A stretch of 61,656 bases of DNA, the filler included, from Basidioascus undulatus (lineage: Eukaryota): NCBI GenBank assembly GCA_000826855.1. It is 4 parts of 4 records of this genome, joined end to end, with 100 filler letters (N's around TTAATTAATTAA, not from the genome) between each part and the next. Parts side by side here need not be neighbours in the genome. Positions count along the whole stretch, not along the records: positions 30,950 to 46,253 come from JTLS01000648.1; 3 more parts are not named here. One strand, given 5' to 3'. The notes beneath the pieces are model-generated. The model was not told the DNA's origin, ran no database searches, and was given only the letters and a program-made list of their open reading frames with translations. Numbering within the stretch: the first letter of the stretch is position 1; each line of letters opens with the position of its first letter. Shown here piece after piece: positions 33,225 through 46,353 of the stretch. The translations under genes were made by a program, and so were the position numbers.

Positions 33225-33640
33225 ATATAATCGAGTATTCGCGCGCAGCATTCCCTTTATTCACAACTCAGGTACGGTTTACCGGGCGCTACGCTCTCTA
33301 TATATAACGGGCGCTAACCCAGCGCTCATATGTTCAACAAGGTACGACCTGTCGACTCGTGGTGACCTGCTTCATGACACTGATCTCTCTTGTACAGCTG
33401 GGTCTACAATGGGCTTGCACCTTCATCGGATGCTTGGCCGTCCTTTTGGCGCCGTCGCCGTTCCTTTTCTGCCGCTATGGTGCCACGAACCGGCGTCGCA
33501 GCAAAGTCGCGCCCTGTTTGGTACGTCGTACCGCTTTTCAGCCTTCAACCTTCTTTCCACTGACAGGCACGGTGAAACAGGACTTCCGCTCGACGCACCC
33601 TGGTTGGGAGCATCAGGACCCTTCACGTCCGAGGTGCCCG
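33225..33640 (+). pseudogene. MFS (DHA1-type) transporter C-terminal relic
   Basis: AAFPLFTTQ|MFNK|LGLQWACTFIGCLAVLLAPSPFLFCRYG..RRRSK matches the last TM helices of DHA1 MFS transporters. No upstream exons were found. Confidence 0.65.
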
Positions 33641-34352
33641 TGAGAAGCGCGGAGTTGCGAGTGAAGCTGAAGGTCCAGTCTCCCTCGTTAGTGCCAGAGA
33701 CAGGCTCGCCTGTACACTTCACCCGAATCTCACTGAGAATGGCACAGACCAAGCTCTTCCCGTTTCGGAGTTTGAAACCGGACGTTTGCAAAGGTTATTG
33801 AGTTTCGTGCACTGTCCGTTCCACATTGCGAGCGCAACAACAGCAGAGCAGACCGCGAGCGCGGACAGTCCGCCACCCTCAGTCCTGACATTTACAAGCT
33901 GGTCGGCGCGCCGAATTATGTGCTGTAGTGCCTGCTCGACCTACGTAAAAAGATTGGCGAGGTGCGTGACCTTGCCTATGTGTGAGCTTTCCGTTGAAAT
34001 TAACCGGGCCAACCTCTGCCCCGATTTCAGCAGCGACTCAGTTCTGCGCAGCAGCCTCAGATCTCTTGAGGCCTGGAAGGATTCCGATGGGAAAGGCACC
34101 ACTGCAGAGTCGGCTCTGGTCTCATTTCATGGCGAGGGCCTGCGGCCGGCTTGGTAGACGAGCAGAAATTTTTCACAATCGAGTGGCGGACTATGTTCAC
34201 AAGCTTGTATCTGGCAGTTCCGGCCCACTTACTCAAGACGCCTACGTTCACGCAGGTCGGGGCCTCCGTAACAGCGCTCGAAAAGAACAATCTCAACAAC
34301 AGCTCAGATTTATTGTCAAATCCGCAGGTACCGCTCCACGGTCTTCCGCCGC

Positions 34353-36242
34353 TCAGTCAACCTTGATGACAACCTTGCCAATGTGCTTCTGGCTAGCCAA
34401 GTACTGTGATGGGTAAAACCGTCTCAGTGCATCGATTGTGAGTCACTAAGATAGCGAAGAAGGCATACCTTGTACGCCTCCTTCGCCTCGGTGAAAGGGA
34501 AAACCTGTTCAGAGTCCTTTTCAGACAGCGAGCCCCGCGGGAAACAGCGTAAGGGGTTCTCAAGACTGACCTTGTCGACGACGGGGCGCAACTTATGAGC
34601 CTCGATGGCGTTGTTCATGGCCTCGAACCTGCGAGAAATAACAGTTTAGTGACGCGAAGAGCAAAACGAATGCCCAGAAGCGTCGCACTGGTGCCGGGAG
34701 CCAACGTAGAGACCGCGCGTAATCGCCTCTTTCACGAACGCCAGCATAGGGATGTTCGGGGCAGGCGCGTCCTTCGGCAGCTGAGCGAGGAACCCAATCA
34801 AGTGAACGCTGCCGCCAAGTCGGATGGCCTTGAGCGACCTGCGAAGGAATTGTCAGAACTGCAGGCCAGCAAAGCGGGCACCTGTCAAGGATGTACTTCT
34901 CGAAGGTACCAATCCCGCCAACCTGAACCACGGCACCAGAGCGTTAGTGAACATACGTTTGATCGAGTACAGTAGTTTGACGGTCTCACCTCCACAACCA
35001 GGTCGACGCCCTGCTTAGACGTGAGCTTCATGGCCTCCTCATCCCAGTCGGGGTGCTCCTTGTAGTTGATCGTCGAAATCGCATCGGGGCTGTCATTAAA
35101 CCACAACCTGTCAGTTTTCGAGGTCTCACGCTGAAGCTATCGCAGATACTCACGCGCCACCGGCCTCCTTCCAAATCTGCTTCGCCTTCTCCCGCTTCTC
35201 GTCAGACGAAGAGGTGATGATGACCTTCAGGCCGGCCGCCGCGGCGAACTGCAGCGCGAAAATGGAGACACTGCAAGTACACATGTGAGCCAACCATTGC
35301 GAGTCAATGAAGCAGACGACATACCCGCCTGTGCCCTGCAGCAAAATGGTTTGACCGGCGTGGATCTACAGTTGCAGAACCAAGCTGGTCAGCACGGCGT
35401 TCCACAGGAAACGCCTCTGGAAAATATACCTTGGTGTCCGTGACCTCGCTGCGATTCAACTTTTGGTCAGACCGAAACTACGCGCACGACGTTGCCATCC
35501 ACGCACCTGTACAGCGCGTTCCAGCTGGTAACCGCAGCGCAGGGAAGGCAGGCACCCTCCTCCTGAGTGAGATGCGCAGGCTTGTGCACGAGGCCGCTGG
35601 AAATTTAGGAAAAATTGTCAGCCCGGATAAGCAATTGGTCGACATCTCGCGCAAACTTACTGCTCGGCGAAGACGCGGTACTGCTGAAGAACACCCGGGA
35701 TGGAGCCGCCGAGACCGGTCTGAATCGACTCGTTGTCCAGCCGGCCGGACACATGGCCTTGGTTGAACTGGCCCAGAACCTTGTCGCCGACCTTGAACTT
35801 GGTAACCTGCAGCCCTCCCATCATTTGTCAGTAAGACGATTTGAAGATGGTAGCCAATGAGGATGCGTACATCCGGGCCGACTTCAATGACTTCGCCAGA
35901 CGCGTCAGAGCACGTAATGACATCCTTCGGGATGGGCATCGGGTAGCGCCCGTCGGAGATCTACGAAGGAAGACGTTGTGAGCACAAACGAGAACTGCCT
36001 CGCATCCCCTGCGTCACGCACAAGCAGGTCGCGGTAGTTAAGGCTGCCAGATTAACGTCAGTGCTGTGGGAAGGAGCATTGTGTATTTTGAGTAAATAAA
36101 CTTACGAGACTGCATTGATCTTTACCAAGACGCCCTTCGGGCTATGGATCTTCGGCGTAGGGGCGTCCTCAACGAGGTGAAGGGCGTCAATGCCAGTCTG
36201 CTCGGCAAGGCGCCACTGCTTCTGGGTGGTAGGGACGGGCAT
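34353..36242 (-). CDS. Medium-chain dehydrogenase/reductase (quinone oxidoreductase-like, 'zinc-type ADH-like'); many exons
   Basis: [118 protein letters not shown]. Confidence 0.92.
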
Positions 36243-36906
36243 TGGGGAGAGTCTGTGAAAAGGTGGGATTGAAGAGGATAAGGCTGAAGGGACGAGGATG
36301 TGGTAAAGGGGAAGAAATCGAAACTTCATCCGATCGCTCGTTTATACCCAGCGGCTCTATCACGGGCGCAAATATTGCTGAATCTCCTGACGAACAGTCG
36401 AGCCTTTACCATCCAACCGAGGGGTACTGTGGAGGTGACCTCTTACGTTCGTCATCCGTAGCCTCTGCTGGGTTTGCGCCTGGCACGCGCAGAACAGCGG
36501 AGAAGGCAGGAGATAGCCCTCTGCCTGGGGGAGTCGTTTGCGCGGCAGGAGAATCCGGTGGAGGAGGCATATATCTTTTTGAGAGGAGGTGGAGATTTGA
36601 CCGTGTCGATGAGGCGGTCCGAAGAGGCTGTCATCTGCGAAGGCGAAAATAACGCTTCACTTTCGGTGGTCAGGAAACGGCCGCCTGTGGTTGAGATGCC
36701 ACTCAAAGCTCTCCTTGGCTCTCCGTTTACCGGTCGTTTACTAAGTTCGTGGTAGATAAACATGCTGGGTGATTACAAGACTATAACAAACGGAGGGACT
36801 TGAAGGGTATAGTATACCGATAGCGACGCTCCGAAATTACAGGATTCGAGGTTCGCAGTTATCGGCAGGGAGGCTGCAATGGTGCTGCTCGCCAGCGTCC
36901 TCGCGG

Positions 36907-38785
36907 TTAAGCGAACTTGCCGATGAATCTGAGCAAGGCCTGCCCATTGTTAGTGTTGGTACTTAGCGAAGGATGGTTGTAGGAGGACAGCGTACGACAT
37001 GGTTGCATTCCCGGTGGCGAAGGCAGCGAGCGCGAAAAAGATCTTGGAGTTCGGCGCGCTGACTGTGAGCGCACCCGGAAGCATCGGATGAGCAATGTAA
37101 GAGAAAGTATCGGATACCGGGGACATTGTCAAGCCGACTGAGGAAGAAGCTACGCACGCATGTCGTCCGACATCCAGTCCTGAGGAACTCACCGCATTCA
37201 GCACGTCGTCCGGAACCGCAATGGGGAAGAAGGTAAAAGGACTCACATGCGCCAACATGTTGACTAAGCCCGCGTATAAAATGATTCCGGCACTCAAGCA
37301 TTCGAGAGTGCCGATAAACTAGAAGGCCAAAATGAGCTTCAGTCGAAGAAGAAGCTATGAGCTTCAGACCCACCCAAATCGACACGGGCAGGTTTGGGTC
37401 GAAGGTGGTGTGCTACACAGTCCCCAATTTCAGCACCGGAACATCCCGATAATGTGATAGTGAGCTTACGATCCCCATGCCAATGCCAATCCCAACGCTC
37501 GTAACCACCGAGAAGTAAACGACAAGCAGCCATTTCTACGCGCTATGGGCATCAGTCGACGGTTCCTGCGCCGGGGTGGCACGAGAGAGACAGACCTTCA
37601 GCCTCTTCTCGCGAGGCCAGTTGATGGAGGCGATACGACTGCCGAGGCCCATGCCCTCGAAGGTCTGGCTGAAAGCGACGGGGCGTTAGTCTCATGAGCT
37701 TGCGTTGGTTACTGTACTGCGTACTGGAAAGTCGTAGCTGTGTTTTCCTCCCCAATGTAAGCGGGACGTTATGGGAATGGAGTGGTAGTGGGCGCACCGA
37801 TCATGAGCGGAAGCCACGAGCTGCCTCCAGCGACCCCAAGAGCGATTCCAACCATCAGCGAGTGAAACACGATGCCGAATTCGAGCAGCGTGAGGTCTGG
37901 CCGAAAGCAACGATGAGATGCGAATCTCTGCCAACACGACGATATCGATACTGACCGAAGAGTGCCTTCTCCTGCTCCATCTTGTCCTCGAGCGCGGCCA
38001 GAGCAATCTCCACGTCCCTGTCAAGCGGGAGCATGCCCTTCTCGCTGCGGAAGGAGGCGACCGAAGCGCGGCGCGGCATAGGCGCAGGGCCGTGGCTGTG
38101 TCCGCCCCCGCCCGCGCCGACGCCGTACTTGCGTCGGATTGCGCGTGCGCCCCAGAAGTCGATTAGGAAGACGATGATCGAAGCGCTCATGATGAGCGTT
38201 GCTGGGGTTGGCTCGAAGGGCAGCTCGCCGAGACACTCGTTCGCCATCGTTTGGATCGCCTCGGTGAGAAGGTGCACGAACGCCGTGGCGATGATGATTC
38301 CGGTGCCAAAGTGCTTGAAGAACTCGAAGACCTTCGACTCTCCCATGGCGGCAGCGCGGCCTGGAGGAAGAAGGGAATGTGAGTTTCCGAAGTCGTGTCA
38401 GCGCTGAAGTCGGGCTCGAGCGGAGGGGAGGCAGCGTCGCACGGCGGGATAAGATGGGGATCCTGAGCAAATACGATTCAGATTTCCAGGTAATATTAGA
38501 AGCGAATTTTGAAGGTTGCGGTAAGAAGATGCCCACATGATGCCGATGAAGGACCCGACGAGCGTGATGAAGATCGCTGCGACGTGGAGCGGCTGGACGT
38601 CCAACCCCTTGATCAGTACGACTCTCTCCCGTATAAAAGACAGGAAACGGGCCCACAATGTCATAGAACCCCAAATCCTCTGCCGAGCAGACGGCAGCCG
38701 CGGGAGCGGTGTCCGCTGCGGCAACCGCGAGGGTGCTCTGCTGCGTGCCGGGGAGTGCGACGGGGCCGAGGACGTTGATGGACAT
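36907..38785 (-). CDS. ZIP-family (Zrt/Irt) zinc/iron transporter
   Basis: LHVAAIFITLVGS, FKHFGTGIIIATAFVHLL, loop GHSHGP, LEFGIVFHSLMVGIALG, FEGMGLGSRIA, SAGIILYAGLVNML, ending IGKFA*. Confidence 0.93.
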
Positions 38786-39053
38786 GGTGGGTGTGTATCG
38801 GAGAAATAGTGGAAGGAGGGAGAACAGGGCGAGGCCTGCTCGTCGGCGAACAGAAAGATGTAGGGGAGGTAGGGCCGCGGCGGCGCGCGCTACAAACAAA
38901 ACGAGAGCGAAGGGTACGCCTTGGGCGACTAGTCGACCGATGCGGCTGGATGGGGCATGTCGAACGAAAGCGACCTGAAGGGGGCCTATTTTGGTGATAT
39001 GAGCAAACGCTTGGGTAGGTCGTCGGCGGCGGGCAAGCTGACTCGTGGAGGAA

Positions 39054-39098
39054 TGCCGGCTTGAGGGCGCAGCGCAGCGTGCCGGCTTGAGGGCGCAG
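39054..39098. promoter_or_regulatory. Perfect 19-bp direct repeat upstream of the ZIP transporter (candidate zinc-response element)
   Basis: TGCCGGCTTGAGGGCGCAG at 39054-39072 and 39080-39098, about 270-310 bp upstream of the ATG. Confidence 0.4.
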
Positions 39099-40779
39099 AG
39101 GGAACGACGATCAGGGCGATGCTTGGTTACTGGCCTCCTTCTTGCCCAGATGCTTCAGGCTGGTACGCATATTTGATGAAACGGGGCGACAAGCATGTTC
39201 TCGAGAGAAACTTTCCAAAGAGCAGGCGCAGAAGGGGGGGGACTCCGGAAGGGGCGCAGCAGTTAATGGAGTGTCCCTAGCAACCAGTCAGTGACGGCTG
39301 ATCGAAGTCGTAAAAGGATCATTTCACTGTGTATGCTAACCGTATTACACATTCCTTGGTCCCCAACACTTGCATAGGATGCTTTGAGGGCCCCATTTCC
39401 GGTCAGTCGTGCTTGCGTTCCGTCCTAAGAGCTGTAACTGCCCAGTCCAGAGATGCTTCTGCTGGTGTATGCCGGTGCACGGCAAAAGGAATCCCTTGGA
39501 ATGGATGGAATGCTGCGCTTCTGGTCAAACACAGACGGAACAGCCGCTCACCACGTCTACGTAGCTCATTGTTCACAGTATGCCACAAGTCGTCAACGGA
39601 AGTTACCGCAGCGATCGACCCTGTGCGCCGCTGCCTCGGTTCTCGTAGCCTCTGTCTAGCCGCTCATCCCCTACAACATCTCGCAGATCCATCATACCCT
39701 CGGCGACGCCACTGCTTCGGTCAACAACCAGCCCGTCTTCCCTTCCCGGTACGCTGAGCCGCATGTAGTGTCTGTTGCTGAAAATGTTCCTTCATATACT
39801 ATCCATCCCTCGACCGTCTGTGCCAAACTTTTGCGCTATCGCGCGAAGGCTGTCCCGCATTTTCTCACACGCTTATTTCCACGCCGGGTCCGTATTGCAA
39901 ACCCCTCAACATCGCATCCCACTTGCTCAACCTTGACCTCCATGTAACCCTGCAGGAAGTCGCCACGGCGTGCGAGGCCGCGTCCTCCCTGTACGTGCTT
40001 CCTTAGCCTCTCAGATACGTACTTGCTTTTCCCGCCCGACTTCCTCTTCAACCTGCCCCCACCCCCGGCACCGCCGACCTAGCCATAGTCGGCGGAAACT
40101 AATCCGAAACGGACTCTTCCCCAGAACTGCCTGCCCACGCACCGGATCCACACCCCCATCGACGGACAACGTCCAGGCTCCCGTATCAGCTCGCGGACGT
40201 CGGGCCGATCGCGAAGGAGAAAGATGCCGAGTCGTCGTGTGAGGAGTGAAGCTGATCTCGTTGAAATTCTGACACTTTTTCCATTCTTTCTTTCCTTTCG
40301 TTGTACGGCTGCAGTTGCAACTTTGGCTCGCCTTGGCTGTCGGACCGGTCTCCACACATCGCTCTTGCCTTTTCTTTTCGAACGCTTCTGGCAGCTAATG
40401 TTCTGCTTTCCTCATTCTTTGGCTCGTGGGGACTTGCGCTTGTAGCCCTGCATACGTCGCTGATACGTCCGCTGGCGCTTCTGCTTGTCGAGGCTCGGTT
40501 GCCGGGGGTTGTACCAAGCCCCAGAGAGTGTTTTCGGGTCTGAAAGCACGCCAAGCGGCAATTGCGTCCGTCAGGGCTCGCTTTACAAGTGAATGCCGGA
40601 TGTTTGGACAGTAGGACTCTAGGTCGCGGCAGCGTACGCGTCAACAACGGCAGCAGATGAACACGTACGGACAAGCGTCATTATCAACCACGACTTATAT
40701 GCAACAAGAATACGGGTCTTTTCACTCAAGCAAGCCGTCACTGGCGGTCTCGAGCAGCATCCCCCCTCACTGAAGACGG

Positions 40780-41450
40780 TTCGCCTTGCACCACTGTTGG
40801 AAGTGATACTTAGCACTGGCGATTCCGAGGGAAGAAAAGGGAGGATGGCACCTTCTTGTGCTTGGCCCAGTCCTGGCGCTGGTGCGCGACGGAGCAGTAG
40901 ACAGCACATTTTGCACCGATCGCAAATCGAGTTGCAGGGCACGCCACAGACCTCGCACCACGACCGGCTGATGAAGCCTAGAAGCTTAAGCTCGTCACAG
41001 AGAGTCTTCGGCAAGTAAAAAAGCGGCAAGCCGAGCGAGACATCAATCAACCGCGAATCCACACTCCCACGCAGGATGCCGAATGGCGTCGAACGGGCTC
41101 ACGCAGCTGCAGGCTGCACAACAAACGACGCGTAAGGTCGTTGGGAGGCGTGGGTGGCATGAAACGGCCACAATCGAACTGCAGCCACGTATCTGCCATG
41201 GCCACCTGTCCGGATATGAAGTGCATCTCTTGAATCAGGTTGGCGTAGACTCGACGCATCTCCAGTGTGTCGAAGTCATGAAGATCCATCCAGTTCCAGA
41301 GGCGTACAGCACGATCACTTTGCCCTGGACAGAGGGCCGTGATGCTGCCGTCCATGGAGACCGTCAATGAGGCATTCCAGCCGAGGCGCGTGGGATGACC
41401 AGGATATAAGATGATCGGGTTGACACCGGAGATACTCGTCAGTTCGGCGA
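40780..41450 (-). pseudogene. MYND-type zinc-finger gene with a frameshift
   Basis: WCEVCGVPCNSICDRCK, then a frame change, then AVYCSVAHQRQDWAKHKK. This matches the MYND pattern C-x2-C...C-x2-C...YCS...Q..DW..HK. Confidence 0.65.
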
Positions 41451-44400
41451 TGATAGCCTGTGGGATCGGTTGGCCAAGGCTGCCATCGTTTCGGCGCTCC
41501 CTCGCATGGCTTCAAGTAGTGTGTCTTGCGGTCCTCGACAGCAGAGAGCATCATATTGGGTCCTCTGTAGCACGCGGGTAAAATCATAGTGTCACACTGC
41601 CAACATACCTGTGCGTTGCGCTGACACTGCAAAGGGGACACGGACTTTAAGTACCTTCAAGAATGAAGTATTTGCCGTACAAAAATATTGGGGATGTGGA
41701 GCTCGGTCGTTGCTGGGCACCCGGTCGCAGCTTGCCACCAGCTGGCTTGGTACTTCCCGCCGCCCGCTGCCCTTCACGACCATTTAGCTTCTGCAAGCAT
41801 ACGAATGTATTATATGAAGGTGTTATACTTTTACTTTCAAAAAATTCATCTTTTTCCGTTGAGACACCAGAGTCGTAACACTTCCGCTGTGCACAAGTCC
41901 GGACAATCTACGTTTCCCTGTAGCTCTGCATGGCGTTTGCAAACGTGAAGATGGCAAAAAAGCAGGATGTGTCATTCAACAAAAGCATTCTTAATAAACT
42001 CTCGAAGCATGGCCCTGGTTCTGAGCATGTTCAGCAAAGGTTCAGGAACCCCATGCGAGAGTGACTTCTCCATGAACGTCCTCCCATACGTGACGCTCAA
42101 AGCGAACATCCAATTGAGTTCCAGATCTACCTTCATGAGATATTTCCTGCAGTTGATGTAATCTTCTGAGTATTTCCCCATCTAGAAGCAGTCCCGCATA
42201 CCTCACAGGCTCCTACCAATGAAAACATCCCGACTGACGCTACCGAGGGTTTGAATCCCTAACCCATGGCGAACTAACACGCGTCTGTCTCTGCGTCTAT
42301 TGCAACGCCCTTGTACCAACACAACGCACAACGCTTCGGGAAACGGATGTTTCTGAAGCTTGCCCATGCGTCCTTATTTAGATTGAAATGCTCCGCCCAG
42401 GCGCGTCTGGGTAGGTCAAAAGGGTTTTTCTGTACAGGAGTCGAAGCACGCAAGGTGGACGGTTCTGTCATCGCATCGTCCACCCGCAATACTTCCTGCT
42501 CATTGTTCCGACATGTCAATTGTATGGGGAGCAACTACATAATCGTGCATGTGGGATGACTGCCTGGGCGGTATGGACGAGTTTGGCTGCACATGGTTGA
42601 CGAGCTTGACAGGACTATGCTGGTCATTATGCCCAAAAGGACTGTTCAGGGAGATCTTGGCACATTTCCATCCAGGTCCCAAGGAAATATGCTCAAGGAG
42701 GCCCATTTTGAGAAAACTTGAACACGTCCACGATGGCGATGCGGCAAGTCCGGAAACACGCCTTTTGAAGCGAGTTTGAAAAGCATTGAAGAGCACATGC
42801 ATACTCTGCAGCCATAGCCGTGAAAAAAAAAAAACATCACGGCTTGGCCCTAAAGTTCTTGAAAGCAAAAAGTGTGGTGGGCGTTGAACGCAGTACCGGT
42901 TTTCGGTGTCCAAGGATTCACGGGCCCGGACCGCCAGGCTGTGCTGCCACACTCCCTGAAGTTTCGATAGGGCAGCCACCTGTGGACATGGCTGTTGATT
43001 GTTGACAGGCATGTCGTCCCGATTGAAGGCGGTGGTGGAGAATCGGCCGTCGCGCTTGGGTGGTTGTGGACCGACTGGCAGAGCGTCGTGGACGAGCCGG
43101 GTACCCCGTGCGGTGATCAAGAACACAGCTTGTGCCAGGTACTTAATGCCTGAAGTATGCCTCCTTGTATCCTGACTCCTCACATCTAAACATGGCGCCA
43201 TTCTCCCTTCAGCCATGCCAAAGTCGAAGCGCCGCACGCAGCAGCGGTTGAACCGGCTCCCAAGCCTAGCCTCCAAACACACGTCGCATTCTTCGGCACC
43301 GACAAGGACGGAATTATTACCGTGAGGGAGACGTGAGTGAAATAGTGCTCTTAGGAATTCTCATCTTGGGGATTGAGATGAGCATGCGAGACAGGTACAA
43401 CGGCTTCAGGGCTCTCGGCTTCGGAGTCGTGCTTACTCTCTGGCCTGCCTCCGGTTTGCAAGGTACTCAAATATGTCTCCCTGTAATAACTGAGTCAACT
43501 GCCCTGCCCCGACTACAAACTCTGAATTAAATGTGTGCGAGGGGCACGCACCGTCATAACGCCTTTGACGTCTTCCCTCGCCATCTTGCCATCCTTGTCC
43601 GAAAGCAGGACCCATGTCGCAGTCCACTACAAAACCGCGCCAAAGGCGCCCATGATGTAGAGGAGTTCGCGTATGACACGGTCTACAGGAGGCTGTTGTG
43701 CTCGTGCGGCTCGCTATACTGCGGAGTTGGTCTTTGCGTAGCGTACACTCTCTTCCATGGCATGACAGATGTAAACTACACACTCGAATGCGTTTCCGCA
43801 GAACAAAAACATAGATGTTGTCAGTGAGGCGGCCACGATTGGTGTCATGAACGTTTGTCACAGTGTTGAAACGGTGCTCATCGAACTCTCCGGTGCTTGT
43901 GAAGAATTCGACGTCAGAGCCGTGCTTTGCTCTGAATAAACTAAACATCTTTTAAACAGTGCATTTCATACTGATTTGAACAGGACTTACCGGTGGATGC
44001 CAGCGACACGGATGCGGAACAGAGGGTCTGGCAACAGCTTGTCCCAGGTGGCGTACCTGGATAGGAAGCCCGTCCGTTATCCTTCCACACCTGATTCAGA
44101 CCCACTCTGGGGTGGTAAACTGACAAAAACCGGTATGAAGGGTAAGCGCCCACAAGAAGGGGAAGTCCGCGTAGGGCACCGGATCTCCGAGACTTGATCG
44201 CGTCGGTCCTCCTGTAATGCCCTTCAGTGCAATACACACAAACACCTCCGCACACTATGACAAACACAGCTTGGTGTTCACTTACCTTCGGTATCTCACC
44301 ATGGACTATGTCGCTAGCTAGCCGCTCATAAGCCCGTCGTCTGCTCCGCTGTCTCCAAACGTGTGCTAGAAGATGACAACACGTTCCTTCAGAACACAAC

Positions 44401-46253
44401 TGTGACTCACGGCAACACTTTCAGGTTTATTTGGCTCCTTGTAACTGTACTATTTGGTAGATGTACCACACATCCCACTTGTTCCATTGCATCCTGCTGT
44501 CCATGGCTGCACCGCCGGTCGAACACAGCAAGAAAGCCTGCGATGGCCCCCGGCGCTTAGGGGTTGAAGCTTCGAGCTTAAAAGATACTCGATTAGCCTG
44601 AGGTCCGTCCAGCAATGAATTCCTGCGATGCGTCCGGACCTTTGCCTCTTCAGACCAGGACGGGAGCGGGTGGTTCGTGAACGAATTTCTGTGGCAGTGC
44701 TTGTATAGGTCGTAGAGAAAAAAAAAACCTACTAGCTGGCGGAAAGGAAGGGGGGGGGGAGGATCGCGCATCCCGGCAGAGAGACGGATGCTGCATGTCG
44801 CTTTCACCTGCGACTTCACCTTGAGAACGTCCGTCTCAGAGCCTCGCTCCCGCCCCGCTAATGGTCAGCACCTTTTGATAAGAGTGACTGTTTCGCAATG
44901 GCACAGCTGCGGTGCCCGATCTGAGGAGGGCAGCGGCTGGTCTTGCGCCGTCGGCCTTGAACTGGGTAAGTACCTGTGGATTTGATAGGATAGTTGAAGA
45001 ATAGTTTGGTTTGTTTTCGGCCATTAGAAACGCTCAACGCTCTGATGCCAGTGGAAGCCTATAAGTGGATGCGAAAGGGGTTGTGGAAGGAGCTGCGTGG
45101 ATTCGTACGCATTCAATGCTTGGGGTGAGGCGGTGTGCAGGTCGAAGGGGTATTATTGCACTCGCTGTGCACAATTGAGTTCAGAGGGATTAGCGTGCGT
45201 TGGGCCCATAGCAGCAAACAGCAGCGTGCGCAGTCCGGTGCCCGATGAGCATCAGCGCGGTGCGGCGGCCTCGAGCTCCGAGTCCGTTCTCGCGTCGGCC
45301 TCGGCGCCGGCAGCGCCAAGGAAGTAAACGCCGAGGAACAAGTGATGATCTGCAATGGGTTCAATGGAGATGTTCTTCATTTTCTATGCTGCAATTGAAG
45401 CGTAGGTATTGAAAGCCTGGATGTGGCGTTGTAACGCAGGGCGCTGACGCATCTTGTTGCCGCACCCCTTGCCTCAGGCGGCCGCGCCGTCCGTCGCGCC
45501 CTGCTGTTCGATCTTGCAGCCAGCCGGCCCGGCTCCTGTATTCCTTCTCCTCCCCGCAACCTCAACACTTCACCCTCACCTTCCTCATCTCCCTCGTCTC
45601 CATCCCCATCAGCGAGCGCGCACACGGTGAGCAGCGCCGCGGTCAGCAGATCCTCCGTCGCTCCACACACACACACACTCGACTCGTCGACGCGCAACGG
45701 GCCGACTTCCAGTATCATTTAATTTGACTCGGTCCCTCCACCACCGCACTCGATATTCGACGCGGTCGCTTCACAAGCGATCTTCTTCGCGCCCAGGGCT
45801 TGATACACTCGATCGGCTTGCATCGGGAAGCGCAGTGCTGCTGAGCTGCGCGACGAGGACTCCTTGCTGAGAGGTGAGTGAGAAGGCGCGTGTGGACCGG
45901 GACGCGGTCAGCAGCGGCGGCCGGGATGGCTTGGGCCTTGGGCTGGCGAGAAGGGCCGAGCAGGGAAGGATGGGCTTTTTTGCAGGGGGAATGAGATCGA
46001 GAGCTCTCGAAAGAATGGCAGGCGGGGGGGCGTATGGCTTCACGGGCAGAGGCGGGTGTGCGCTCGCAGGGCGTGTCGCAGTCGCAGTGCCTGTTGATAT
46101 TATCCCGTCCTGGCCAGCATCTGCTCCGATCATCGCTTACTGCACATGGCCAAGGCTCAACAGAAGCTGATCATCCTTCCTCTCAACGCAGTCCACCGCC
46201 AAACACATCCAGCCTCACCCTCTTCCTCCCCTTCCAAGACTCGCAGGCCTCCC

Positions 46254-46353
46254 NNNNNNNNNNNNNNNNNNNNNNNNNNNNNNNNNNNNNNNNNNNNTTA
46301 ATTAATTAANNNNNNNNNNNNNNNNNNNNNNNNNNNNNNNNNNNNNNNNNNNN
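46254..46353. other. Assembly gap with artificial TTAATTAATTAA linker
   Basis: 44 N + 12-mer + 44 N. Confidence 0.98.

Noticed and set aside
45097..46253. Continuation of PBP1 beyond the gap
   Set aside because: No recognisable Pbp1 C-terminal sequence or clean exon model, and the true gap size is unknown.
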